Below are positions 16,688-25,477 of a stretch of DNA of 32,000 nucleotides, piece by piece. The notes below the pieces were generated by a model, which did not search any database, was not told the DNA's origin, and was given only the letters and a program-made list of their open reading frames with translations. The translations under genes and the position numbers were made by a program. Source of the DNA: Propionibacteriaceae bacterium (lineage in GTDB: Bacteria > Actinomycetota > Actinomycetes > Propionibacteriales > Propionibacteriaceae); the NCBI GenBank assembly GCA_031256725.1, contig JAIRQE010000005.1, positions 1 through 32,000 of the forward strand. The letters run 5' to 3'. Within the stretch, counting starts at the first letter, position 1. Each line of letters begins with the position of its first letter.

Positions 16688-17773
16688 TCAGGGTATGATA
16701 GCGAGGAAAATGAAGGCAGCGAATAATGTGAGATGAAGGGTTCCGTGGAGGGTCTTCGCTCGCCCTGGTACCACCGTGAGTACAGCCACTAACGCCGAGA
16801 TTGTCAACAGTACAATCTGGGTCGGCTCAAGTCCAAGGTGCAGAGTCCCAGGAAGCCATAGGGATGCGACTGCCAAAGTGGGGATGGTCAAACCAATGGA
16901 TGCCATAGCCGATCCGTACCCAAGATTCAGGGAGATCTGTGTACGGTTCTGGGAAGCCGCCCTTACTGCGGCGATCGACTCAGGGAGAAGAACCATGATC
17001 GCAATGATGATGCCAACAAAGGATGGTGGAAGTCCCAGCCAATCCACGCCAGCTTCAATGGCGGGGGACTCAACCTTGGTCAACCCAACCACAGCCACCA
17101 AGGAGACAGGCAGCAACCCAACACTGATCAGGGTCTTCGAAAGGGAAGGTGGGCTTGCATGGGTGTGTTTGGCTGACTCGGAGACTGGGAGAAAGAAGTC
17201 CCGATGTTTGACGGTTTGGGTGAAGACGAAGGAGCCGTAAACCACCACCGAAGCAATGGCCACAAATGCGAGTTGAGCCCACACATATCGAGGTCCTGAA
17301 GCAGAGGTGGTGAAGGTAGGCAAGACGAGGGTGAGTGTCGCAAGCAGGAGTATCGACCCCAAAGAGGAGCCTGTACCCTCGGGATTGAACTTGGCGAGGC
17401 GGTACTTTCTCGCTCCGACGAAGAGCGAAAGACCGACGATCCCGTTCATGGTGAGCATGACCGCCGCGAAGACAGTATCCCGGGCGAGGGTCGAAGTATT
17501 GCCTGTCTTTGAGACCATGAGGGTGACGATGAGTGCCACCTCAATGACGGTGACAGCAACAGCGAGGATCAGGGAGCCGAAGGGTTCACCGACCTTGTGT
17601 GCGATGACCTCCGCATGGTGTACCGCAGCCAGGATTGACCCGATCAGTAGAACAGCCTCAATAGCGAGGATCCATCCCACTGGATAACGACCCCAGGTAA
17701 AGATCAGCGCAACAAATGCGATAATGGGTACCAAAAATGTCCAGTTTACTAGACTTCGCCACGTAGAAACCAC
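16688..17773 (-). CDS. chaA: Ca2+/H+ (cation/proton) antiporter, ChaA-like CaCA family
   Basis: 361 aa with about 10-11 TM segments. The segment HHAEVIAHKVGEPFGSLILAVAVTVIEVALIV resembles the E. coli ChaA RHADVLAHRLGEPYGSLILSLSVV region. The GTG start is uncertain. Confidence 0.75.
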   Translation of the reverse strand: MVSTWRSLVNWTFLVPIIAFVALIFTWGRYPVGWILAIEAVLLIGSILAAVHHAEVIAHKVGEPFGSLILAVAVTVIEVALIVTLMVSKTGNTSTLARDTVFAAVMLTMNGIVGLSLFVGARKYRLAKFNPEGTGSSLGSILLLATLTLVLPTFTTSASGPRYVWAQLAFVAIASVVVYGSFVFTQTVKHRDFFLPVSESAKHTHASPPSLSKTLISVGLLPVSLVAVVGLTKVESPAIEAGVDWLGLPPSFVGIIIAIMVLLPESIAAVRAASQNRTQISLNLGYGSAMASIGLTIPTLAVASLWLPGTLHLGLEPTQIVLLTISALVAVLTVVPGRAKTLHGTLHLTLFAAFIFLAIIP

Positions 17774-17838
17774 AACATGTATTCTACGCGAGACCTTAGG
17801 CCTTGGGTGGACGTACCATGGTGAAAAGAGGACGAGTT

Positions 17839-18588
17839 ATGGAAACCTGGGTTAAAAGACGCAATGATGCCCCTCGTGGACTCTTCGCTGCTGAGGCTGC
17901 TGGTCTCACATGGCTGAGAGTTCCTGGTGGTGTGCCCATCGTAAAAGTCCTTGAAACAACAGAAAACTCCATCACCTTGGAACACCTGACCTCCATCGTA
18001 CCTACAGCTAAAACCGGCGAAGTCTTTGGTCAAAAACTGAGTGTCACCCATGATAGTGGGGCTCCAAGTTTCGGTACTGCGCCTGAGGGTTTTTCGGGGC
18101 CATGCTTCATTGCCGATCTGGAGATGTCCACAGATCCCTGCCCTACTTGGGGGCAGTTCTTTGCCCGCCAACGCATCCTTCCCTATGCTCGGATGGCACG
18201 TAGGACTCTGGGTCATTCCGGTTATGCCACCATGGAAGCACTCGCTGCCACACTGGAGGAAGGTCACTTCGATGACGGTGCACCACCGGCCAGGATTCAT
18301 GGAGACCTCTGGTCGGGGAATCTCCTGTTCACCCCACAGGGAGCAACACTGATCGACCCTTCTGCACACGGTGGTCATCGTATCTCCGATTTGGCAATGC
18401 TTGACCTGTTTGGAGCGCCGTACCTGGAAGGAATCCTGGAAGCCTATGAGGCTACTTCGATCCACTTGCCCCCGGATTGGCGAAACCTGATCAGCCTCCA
18501 TCAGGTGTATCCCTACCTGGTTCACGCGGTTTTGTTTGGGGGAGGTTACGCTGATTCAGCAGTACGGGCGGCACAGGTCTATCTCTAG
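17839..18588 (+). CDS. fructosamine/ketosamine kinase family protein
   Basis: It has the kinase catalytic region IHGDLWSGNLLF and the motif LIDPSAHGGHRISDLAMLDLFG, both typical of the fructosamine-3-kinase family. An AAGAGGA SD precedes ATG 17839. In-frame alternatives exist at 17803 and 17818. Confidence 0.8.
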   Translation: METWVKRRNDAPRGLFAAEAAGLTWLRVPGGVPIVKVLETTENSITLEHLTSIVPTAKTGEVFGQKLSVTHDSGAPSFGTAPEGFSGPCFIADLEMSTDPCPTWGQFFARQRILPYARMARRTLGHSGYATMEALAATLEEGHFDDGAPPARIHGDLWSGNLLFTPQGATLIDPSAHGGHRISDLAMLDLFGAPYLEGILEAYEATSIHLPPDWRNLISLHQVYPYLVHAVLFGGGYADSAVRAAQVYL

Positions 18589-18685
18589 ACATCACCTTGG
18601 CGCGCCTTAGTCAAGCAACTTTCTGTTGCTGTTGTATGAGCTCACGTACTGATAGATTGAAGGTATTCCCACAGAAAGGTTGATC

Positions 18686-19159
18686 ATGAAAACACAGGAG
18701 GTACTAGCCGAGTTGCGCAAAAACCTTGGGCTCACCCAAGACGAGATGGCAGCCAAGTTGTACGTAACCCGTCAGGCAGTATCCCGCTGGGAGACAGGTG
18801 CGACGACCCCGGATGTGAAAACCCTTCAACTGATCTCCCAAGAGTTTGGGGTATCTGTGGACACCCTCCTTGGACGGGATGCGGTATGCCAAAGCTGCGC
18901 CATGCCCCTCACCAAAATCGAGGAAGTGGGTACAGAATCCGATGGTGGCTTCACTAAGGATTACTGCCAGTACTGCTACAAGGACGGCCATTTCGCTCAT
19001 GACCACACCATGGAAGAAATGATCGAAAGTAATCTCCAATACCTCGACCAGTGGAACAGTTCCCAAGGAACCAGCTTCAGTACCGAGGAGGCCCGAGAAA
19101 TCCTCAAGGTTCATCTAGCAACATTAGAGCGCTGGAAAGCTAGGGCCGATCAGCCCTGA
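18686..19159 (+). CDS. XRE-family HTH regulator with a C-terminal Cys4 zinc-ribbon domain
   Basis: The HTH is LGLTQDEMAAKLYVTRQAVSRWETG. The zinc ribbon is CQSC...(26 aa)...CQYC. An AGAAAGG SD precedes ATG 18686. Confidence 0.8.
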   Translation: MKTQEVLAELRKNLGLTQDEMAAKLYVTRQAVSRWETGATTPDVKTLQLISQEFGVSVDTLLGRDAVCQSCAMPLTKIEEVGTESDGGFTKDYCQYCYKDGHFAHDHTMEEMIESNLQYLDQWNSSQGTSFSTEEAREILKVHLATLERWKARADQP

Positions 19160-19455
19160 CTGGCTTTTGTGGAGTTTTGAGGGAGTACGGCAGGGGTTGC
19201 AGCCATGAGAATGTGGGAATTCCTGATCTGATCGCTGCCGCGTGGTGATGATCTGGGAAAACATGAAGTATTGGGGGTTTTCCCTGATACCTCTTTCCAA
19301 ACCCTCATGTACCTCCCCCTCAACTATCATGTACTAACCCCTGATTTGTATAAGAAATACCACTGAGCACTTGTCTCAGTGAAATCCTCATAGGTATAGT
19401 TCAGACAACAGACATCAGATGTACGTTGTCTGATGTATCGCATTGGAGGAATCAG

Positions 19456-20745
19456 ATGAGGCGTAAACTCTCATCAATACTTACCTTAGTCGTGGCAACC
19501 ACCGTACTGGCGGGTTGTACCACCGAGGCACTCAGCGGGAAGAGCGACGACGCTTCCCAACGAATCTCAGTCTCACTCGCCGAAGGGGTGCATACCAATC
19601 AGATTCGCGCCATGCTCCCCGAGTTTGAGACAGCAACAGGAATCAAGGTTGATCTCAATGTTCTTGGACTCGACCAGCTTTCAACCCAGTACCAGGTCAA
19701 ACTTAATACCCAGTCATCCGACCTTGATGTCATCTACTTCAGGCCACTTCAGGAAACCCGACTCTTTGCTGATAATGGCTGGCTGGCAGACCTAACCACC
19801 AAGGTGAGCGAGGACGCCGAATGGAACTGGGAAGACTTCACGCCATCCTCCATTGCAGCCGCGACAGCGGAATCCAAGGTATACGGAGTACCTGTGATGA
19901 CCGAGCGCGAAATCATATTTTACAACAAGGAGATCCTGGCTGACAAGGGCATAGACGTACCCACCACTATGGATGAACTCAAGGCTGCGGCTGAGGCTCT
20001 CCATGATCCCCAGAACAATCAGTTTGGGATCTCCATGCGCGGTACAGCCAACTCAGCCGTACCCCCATTCTCAGGGTTCCTCTACAGTTTCGGAGGCGAC
20101 TGGATGGATGAGAACCGCAATGCCACCATTGATACCCCCGAAGCTATTGCTGCATTTGACTACTATGGTTCACTACTGAGGAATTATGGTCCCCGTGGTG
20201 TGGCCAGTGTTGACGGAGCTCAGGCACGATCCATCTTCATGAATGGTCAAGCCGCAATCTTTATCGGTGAAGACTCAGCAGCAGGACTCATCGAAGACCC
20301 AGCAGAATCCCAGGTTGCTGGCAAGGTCGGATATGCCGAATTCCCATCTGGTCCCCATGGCAGCCTCCCCTGGGATATCACCCCATGGGCAGTGGGAGTG
20401 AGCGCCTTCTCCACGAAGACAGAAGCCGCCTGGACCTATGTGAAATGGGCGACCTCACCTGAGGTGTTAAACGCATCCATGAAGGACTCCACGTCACCCT
20501 CACCACGCCAATCATCCTGGGAGAATCCCGAGATCACTGAAGGATTCAACCCAGAGTTGGTCACGATCATACGGTCCTATGCCGATAGGGCTGTGGGCTA
20601 CGACAGGCCGCTTGTCATCGAGGTAGGAATGGTCAGAGACATCGTTGGTGCTCCGATCATAACTGCGATCAACGCAGGCGATGTTGTGGCCGCTGCGGCG
20701 AAAGCGAATAAGGATTTCCAGGACTACCTGGATACCGAAAGCTAG
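19456..20745 (+). CDS. ABC transporter solute-binding lipoprotein (CUT1 / family-1 sugar-binding type)
   Basis: GGAGGA SD then ATG 19456. The lipoprotein signal MRRKLSSILTLVVATTVLAGC has an LAGC lipobox. At about 429 aa it has the size and composition of family-1 extracellular solute-binding proteins. Confidence 0.85.
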   Translation: MRRKLSSILTLVVATTVLAGCTTEALSGKSDDASQRISVSLAEGVHTNQIRAMLPEFETATGIKVDLNVLGLDQLSTQYQVKLNTQSSDLDVIYFRPLQETRLFADNGWLADLTTKVSEDAEWNWEDFTPSSIAAATAESKVYGVPVMTEREIIFYNKEILADKGIDVPTTMDELKAAAEALHDPQNNQFGISMRGTANSAVPPFSGFLYSFGGDWMDENRNATIDTPEAIAAFDYYGSLLRNYGPRGVASVDGAQARSIFMNGQAAIFIGEDSAAGLIEDPAESQVAGKVGYAEFPSGPHGSLPWDITPWAVGVSAFSTKTEAAWTYVKWATSPEVLNASMKDSTSPSPRQSSWENPEITEGFNPELVTIIRSYADRAVGYDRPLVIEVGMVRDIVGAPIITAINAGDVVAAAAKANKDFQDYLDTES

Positions 20746-20814
20746 CCGATCTGGGGGTGCGGTTCAGATGGGCTTGGGCCGTACCCCCCACTTACCAATC
20801 AGAAAGGAGGAAAC

Positions 20815-21705
20815 ATGCACGCACTTAGAACCTGGCTTGACCGAAGAATCAAATGGATTCTCATCGCTCCCGCAACACTGTTCGTCTTGGTACTGATCGC
20901 CTATCCGATCGTATTCACTGCCAATCTTTCGCTCACGGATGCGAAAAGATCAACAACTCGACCCTCCTCCTTTGTCGGATTCGAGAACTTCTGGAACCTT
21001 CTCACCGACACTCACCGGTTCTGGCCCGCAGTTGGAAGAACAGCCTTCTTCACCGTGGCTGCGATCACTATCGAGATGATCCTGGGGATTCTCATCGCCT
21101 TGTCTTTGCGCAAAGCCTTTCGCGGGCAAGCCATCGTACGAGTGGCCATGCTTCTCCCACTGGTGGCAACCCCGGTTGCTGTAGGTGTGATGTGGATGCT
21201 TATCCTCGAACCCAATACCGGCGTCGCCAATATGATCCTTCGAAATCTGGGTCTACCCGAACCCTTATGGTTAGCCGACCCCTCACTTGCCCTCAACACC
21301 CTCATCCTCATTGATGCCTGGCAGTGGACTCCCATGGTTGCGCTCATCGTACTCGCAGGTCTGACTCAGATCCCCAGCGAAACCGAGGAGGCCGCCGACA
21401 TCGATGGTGCAGGTCTGTTCAAGAAAACATGGTCGGTGATCCTTCCCCAGGCATCTGGATCGATCCTGGCAGCACTACTCATCCGATCCATTGATGCCTT
21501 CAAAACCTTCGATATTCTCTACGCCACCAAGGGGCCTGGTGGTGGATCCAACCACGAGGTGGAAACCCTCAACATCCTCGCCTATTCCTTGAGTTTCGAT
21601 TATCAGCAGTACGGTCGGGCCTCAGCGGTCTTGGTACTCTTCCTGACCCTCTTGATCTGTGTAGTGACCTCCATTGTTCTCATGAGAAGGGCGGTAACAC
21701 GATGA
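20815..21705 (+). CDS. ABC sugar transporter permease (MalF/UgpA-like)
   Basis: 296 aa with 6 TM segments and an EAA-loop region (EEAADIDGAGLFKKTWSVILP). An AAAGGAGGA SD is present. Confidence 0.9.
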   Translation: MHALRTWLDRRIKWILIAPATLFVLVLIAYPIVFTANLSLTDAKRSTTRPSSFVGFENFWNLLTDTHRFWPAVGRTAFFTVAAITIEMILGILIALSLRKAFRGQAIVRVAMLLPLVATPVAVGVMWMLILEPNTGVANMILRNLGLPEPLWLADPSLALNTLILIDAWQWTPMVALIVLAGLTQIPSETEEAADIDGAGLFKKTWSVILPQASGSILAALLIRSIDAFKTFDILYATKGPGGGSNHEVETLNILAYSLSFDYQQYGRASAVLVLFLTLLICVVTSIVLMRRAVTR

Positions 21706-22514
21706 GAAAGCGCATCACCACCCTTGGCCGTGGAGCCATGATCACCCTTGTCGTGCTTGGATTCATCGCTCCCCTGGCTTGGATGTTCCTGGCTGCGTTC
21801 AAGGACAATGCCTCAATCACTGATCCTTCACAGATGATCGCTTTCACCCCGACTCTGAAAAACTTCCATACGGTCTTCATCACCCAGGACTTCGCGCACT
21901 ACTTCTTTAACTCGGTTCTCATTAGCGGAACTTCCACCTTCTTGGGCCTTGTTATCGGTACCCCCGCTGCTTATGCCACGGCCCGTTTTAAGCTGGGAGG
22001 CGCAACAGGATTCATTATGTTCGCCCGAGTGATTCCAGTTGTCAGCCTGCTTATTCCCTGGTATTTCATCTTCTCTCAGATTGGGTGGGTTGGCACATAC
22101 CAGGCGATGATCCTCGCTACTGCTTTCGTGAGCTTACCCATGGTTGTGGCGATCATGGCTGGGTTCTATAACGAGCTATCACCCGAGTTGGAGGAAGCAG
22201 CCATGGTGGATGGGCTAGGCCGTTTCGGGGCCTTCCTTCGCATCGTGGTACCCCTGTCAACACCGGGCTTGGCGACGAGCGCGATCCTGTCATTCATCTT
22301 CTCGTGGAATGCCTTCCTCTTCGCACTTGTACTCGCTGGAAATCAAACAATGACGATGCCTGCTGCCATGTTCCAATTCATGTCCTATCTGGGAGTGGAT
22401 TGGGGTGGACTCATGGCAGCTGCTGTCGTGATCACATTGCCAGTCATGCTCGTTGCACTCTTCCTGCAACGCTACATCGTGGCTGGCCTGACCGCTGGAA
22501 CAACAAAAGGATAG
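21702..22514 (+). CDS. ABC sugar transporter permease (MalG/UgpE-like)
   Basis: 270 aa with an EAA loop (EEAAMVDGLGRFGAFLRIVVP). It has an ATGA start/stop overlap with the upstream permease. Confidence 0.9.
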   Translation: MRKRITTLGRGAMITLVVLGFIAPLAWMFLAAFKDNASITDPSQMIAFTPTLKNFHTVFITQDFAHYFFNSVLISGTSTFLGLVIGTPAAYATARFKLGGATGFIMFARVIPVVSLLIPWYFIFSQIGWVGTYQAMILATAFVSLPMVVAIMAGFYNELSPELEEAAMVDGLGRFGAFLRIVVPLSTPGLATSAILSFIFSWNAFLFALVLAGNQTMTMPAAMFQFMSYLGVDWGGLMAAAVVITLPVMLVALFLQRYIVAGLTAGTTKG

Positions 22515-22516
22515 AA

Positions 22517-23467
22517 ATGAACAAGAGTGTAATCATTGGACCTGTTGGATACGAACGTCTCTTCCCTGAGTCTGTCAAACAGCTCGAAGAATCTGGGTAC
22601 GACGTGATCTTGAATCCTGGGAATGGGCCGATCACTGTCGAACACCTCAACCAGTACGGTTCCCAGTGCCACGCTATTATCGCTGGACTAGAGCCCTGGG
22701 ATGAGCAAAGAATGGCCTTGGTACCCAAGTGTCGAATCATCGCAAAATGTGGTGCTGGCCTTGACAGCATTGATGTGAAAACGGCCCGCAAACGAGGGAT
22801 CCGTGTCACATCTGCTGTCGGAAAGAACGCTAATGCGGTTGCAGAACTCACTGTGGCGCTGATGCTGGATCTCATCCGTGGGGTATCCCATAGTACGCGG
22901 CTACTCCGGCATGGCCGACGGGTACTCCACTCTGGATATGAACTGTCAGGAATGACTGTAGGCATCATCGGCTGGGGGAATATCGGTCGCCTCGTCGCTC
23001 GACGCCTCTCAGGATTCGATGTGAGGTTTGTGGTCTTTGACCCTGCGATCACTGGGCCTGTACCAGGAGTCACACTGGCACTATCCATTGAGGCATTGGT
23101 GAAGGCAAGTGATGTGGTCACCCTTCATACTCCTTTGACCGAACATACCGCCCACATGATCAATAGCGAACTTCTTGAGCATTTCAAACCAAACGCCTAT
23201 CTAATCAACACAGCCAGAGGAGGCTTGATCGACGAAGATGCTCTCGCCAACGCTCTCGACAATAAGAAGCTTGCAGGTGCAGGTTTGGATGTACTCGTTG
23301 ATGAAATCACCCCGGGTTCTTCTCGCCTCATAGGCAGACCTGATGTGGTGATCAGCCCCCATCTAGGCGCAGAAACCTGGGATGCCTACCGAGCTGTTGG
23401 AGACCAAAATGTTGAGGACATTTTGACAACCCTTGGAAGTCCGAGGATGCACAAGGAGAGCAAATGA
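22517..23467 (+). CDS. D-isomer-specific 2-hydroxyacid dehydrogenase (NAD-binding, PGDH/GyaR-like)
   Basis: NAD fold VGIIGWGNIGRLVARRL, and catalytic-region motifs INTARGGLIDEDAL and ISPHLGAET. An AAAGGA SD precedes ATG 22517. The track ORF start at 22304 overlaps the permease and is rejected. Confidence 0.9.
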   Translation: MNKSVIIGPVGYERLFPESVKQLEESGYDVILNPGNGPITVEHLNQYGSQCHAIIAGLEPWDEQRMALVPKCRIIAKCGAGLDSIDVKTARKRGIRVTSAVGKNANAVAELTVALMLDLIRGVSHSTRLLRHGRRVLHSGYELSGMTVGIIGWGNIGRLVARRLSGFDVRFVVFDPAITGPVPGVTLALSIEALVKASDVVTLHTPLTEHTAHMINSELLEHFKPNAYLINTARGGLIDEDALANALDNKKLAGAGLDVLVDEITPGSSRLIGRPDVVISPHLGAETWDAYRAVGDQNVEDILTTLGSPRMHKESK

Positions 23468-24489
23468 TCCTCAATCCAAGCGAGATACTCTATGTCACTC
23501 GTATCATCATCGAAACGTTGGGAACACCGAAAAACATGGCAGCTTCGGTGGCAAATTCCCTTGTTGAGGCCAATCTCGCTGGCCATGACTCACACGGAGT
23601 GATCCGGTTGTTGGAGTATGCCGATGCCGTGCGCTCAGGCGCGGTAACCCCCTCGGCTCCACCCAATGTCGACCACCTATCGACATCAGTGATCAGAGTC
23701 AATGGCCAGCGAGGTTGGGGACCTGTTGCGATGAAAACAACCCTCAACCATCTCATCCCCCTTGCCAGTGAACATGGGGTCGCAGTTGCGACCACCTTCA
23801 ACTGTCACCACATTGGTCGCCTCGGCGAGTACGTCGAAATGATCGCACAGGAAGGATTAGTGGGTCTCATGTGGTGCAATGGAGACCCCCGTGTGGCTCC
23901 CTTTGGTGGACGTGAACCCCTGTTGGGTACCAATCCTTTCGCAGCAGGGATACCCAACCCTGGACGTCACCCCATTGTGATTGACTTCGCAACAGCCGCC
24001 ATTGCGGAAGAGAAGGTACGTCTGTGTGCAACCCACAACCAGGAGGTACCGCCGGGGTCCATCATTAATGCTCAAGGCAGACCCTCCACTAATCCCCATG
24101 AGTATTACCGTGGTGGTGCCCTGATTCCTTTCGGGGGGCACAAGGGTTATGGATTATCTCTTCTCATTGAACTGCTTGGTGGCGGCCTTTCGGGGAATCA
24201 TCCTGGGACCAGCCCAGACCACCGAGGTGGCAATGGTGTGGTGACCACAATCTATAATCCTGAGGTTTTCGTATCTTTCGAGGAGTTCTACCAGGACATC
24301 ATCGAAGCGACAGACCAGATCCACTCTTGCCTGCCTGCCGCTTACATCGACCATGTGATGCTGCCTGGTGATCTTGAGGATTCCACTCGCAAACAACGAA
24401 TCCATGGGATACCGATGGATGAACAAATCTGGCAGGAGATCCTGACCCTTTTCTCAAGCTTGACTGAGGCCACACTCGAAGCCGCATAA
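23464..24489 (+). CDS. Ldh_2 family oxidoreductase (malate/L-lactate dehydrogenase family 2)
   Basis: 341 aa with the N-terminal motif EANLAGHDSHGVIRLLEY, plus GGHKGYGLSLLIELLGG, both typical of the Ldh_2 family. An AAGGAGAG SD is present. It has an ATGA overlap with the upstream gene. Confidence 0.85.
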   Translation: MILNPSEILYVTRIIIETLGTPKNMAASVANSLVEANLAGHDSHGVIRLLEYADAVRSGAVTPSAPPNVDHLSTSVIRVNGQRGWGPVAMKTTLNHLIPLASEHGVAVATTFNCHHIGRLGEYVEMIAQEGLVGLMWCNGDPRVAPFGGREPLLGTNPFAAGIPNPGRHPIVIDFATAAIAEEKVRLCATHNQEVPPGSIINAQGRPSTNPHEYYRGGALIPFGGHKGYGLSLLIELLGGGLSGNHPGTSPDHRGGNGVVTTIYNPEVFVSFEEFYQDIIEATDQIHSCLPAAYIDHVMLPGDLEDSTRKQRIHGIPMDEQIWQEILTLFSSLTEATLEAA

Positions 24490-24535
24490 CTTGACCTGGG
24501 ACTCGCGTCCCCCAACTCATGAATGGAAAACTCCT

Positions 24536-25477
24536 ATGAACTCACAACGATTACGAGGCATCATCCCTCCAATCGTCACACCCCTTGATGATGACGGCCA
24601 TGTTGATGCCGCAGCGCTGACCCAATTGACTGAGCACCTGATTAGCTCAGGAGTCCATGGGATCTTCGTACTCAGCTCAACAGGAGAGGTGGCGTATCTT
24701 GATGACACCGAAAGAATGAGGGCTATCGACACTGTTGCTCAGGCTGCTGGAGGTCGGGTACCCGTACTCGCTGGAGTCATTGACCTCACCTGTGCGCGTG
24801 TCGCCACCCAAGCGAAACTAGCTGCAGCCTGTGGAGCATCGGCCGTGGTCACAACCGCTCCCCTCTATGCCCTCAATGACACAGCAGAGATTGAGGATCA
24901 TTTCCGAAGAATTGCTGAGGCCTCCACTGTACCCGTCTATGCCTACGACGTTCCTGTTAGGGTACGCACAAAGCTCAGCATCGAATCCTTAATCAGACTC
25001 GCCTTGGAGGGTGTCATCTGTGGAATCAAGGACTCGTCTGGCGATGATGTTGGTTTCCGTCGCCTGATTCTCGCCAATAAGGAGGCAGGATCCCCCTTGC
25101 AGGTGTTCACTGGACATGAGGTTTTGGTAGACACCATGATTCACCTGGGGGCCGATGGCGCGGTACCAGGATTAGCCAATGTGGATGTCGCGGGGTACCG
25201 TCGACTCTGGGATGCCACCCAGGCTAAGGATTGGGACCAGGCCCGCCTAGAGCAGGCCCGATTAGCTACCCTGTTTGAGATCACATCCCAGATAGATGGA
25301 CGTTCACCGGATGCGAGCGGAGTTGGATCCTTCAAGATCGCGATGCGCCTCCAAAGGTTAATCCCCTCTGCTCGGATGTCCGCTCCCGTACAAGAAACTA
25401 CGGATGTTGAGGTCCTTACACGCATCGCCAAGCTTCTCCGTCACGCCGATCTAGATTGTGGAGGATTGATCCCATGA
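24536..25477 (+). CDS. DHDPS / N-acetylneuraminate-lyase family class I aldolase (or dehydratase)
   Basis: Motifs are GIIPPIVTPLDDDG, SSTGE, YAYDVP, and the Schiff-base Lys context CGIKDSSGD. ATG 24536 gives a family-typical N-terminus. A TTG at 24491 is an in-frame alternative. Confidence 0.85.
   Translation: MNSQRLRGIIPPIVTPLDDDGHVDAAALTQLTEHLISSGVHGIFVLSSTGEVAYLDDTERMRAIDTVAQAAGGRVPVLAGVIDLTCARVATQAKLAAACGASAVVTTAPLYALNDTAEIEDHFRRIAEASTVPVYAYDVPVRVRTKLSIESLIRLALEGVICGIKDSSGDDVGFRRLILANKEAGSPLQVFTGHEVLVDTMIHLGADGAVPGLANVDVAGYRRLWDATQAKDWDQARLEQARLATLFEITSQIDGRSPDASGVGSFKIAMRLQRLIPSARMSAPVQETTDVEVLTRIAKLLRHADLDCGGLIP

Noticed and set aside
16587-16700. tRNA-Arg as a possible genomic-island integration site.
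   Set aside because: There is no integrase gene. I saw no repeat of the tRNA 3' end downstream. The flanking genes (MFS transporter, chaA-like) look like ordinary chromosomal genes of normal composition.
17749-18525. 258-aa minus-strand ORF lying fully antisense to the fructosamine-kinase-family gene.
   Set aside because: It is Cys/Trp/Arg/Ser-rich shadow-frame sequence with no SD and no recognisable motif. The plus-strand gene carries clear kinase motifs. The same reasoning applies to the other long antisense ORFs in the track (for example 126-1868 inside fadD, 2600-3166, 9716-10911, 22444-23121, 26007-26345).
19393-19398. GGTATA hexamer, the E. coli NanR operator repeat unit, upstream of the SBP gene, taken as support for a sialic-acid regulon.
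   Set aside because: It is a single 6-mer, expected by chance every few kb. It does not form the tandem array seen in E. coli.
22304-22516. N-terminal extension of the 2-hydroxyacid dehydrogenase ORF (GTG 22304).
   Set aside because: It overlaps the permease gene in another frame and is Cys/His-rich nonsense. ATG 22517 has an SD and gives a family-typical N-terminus. Similar extensions were rejected for azlD (29371-29496), azlC (30086-30196), the SBP (19426-19455), the GntR gene (27102-27155), the ROK gene (25456-25473), the RipA-like gene (12520-12591), the ssb-like gene (6967-7044), the XRE gene (18680-18685) and the fructosamine-kinase-family gene (17803-17838). TTG 24491 is kept only as an unfavoured alternative start for the DHDPS/NAL-family lyase.
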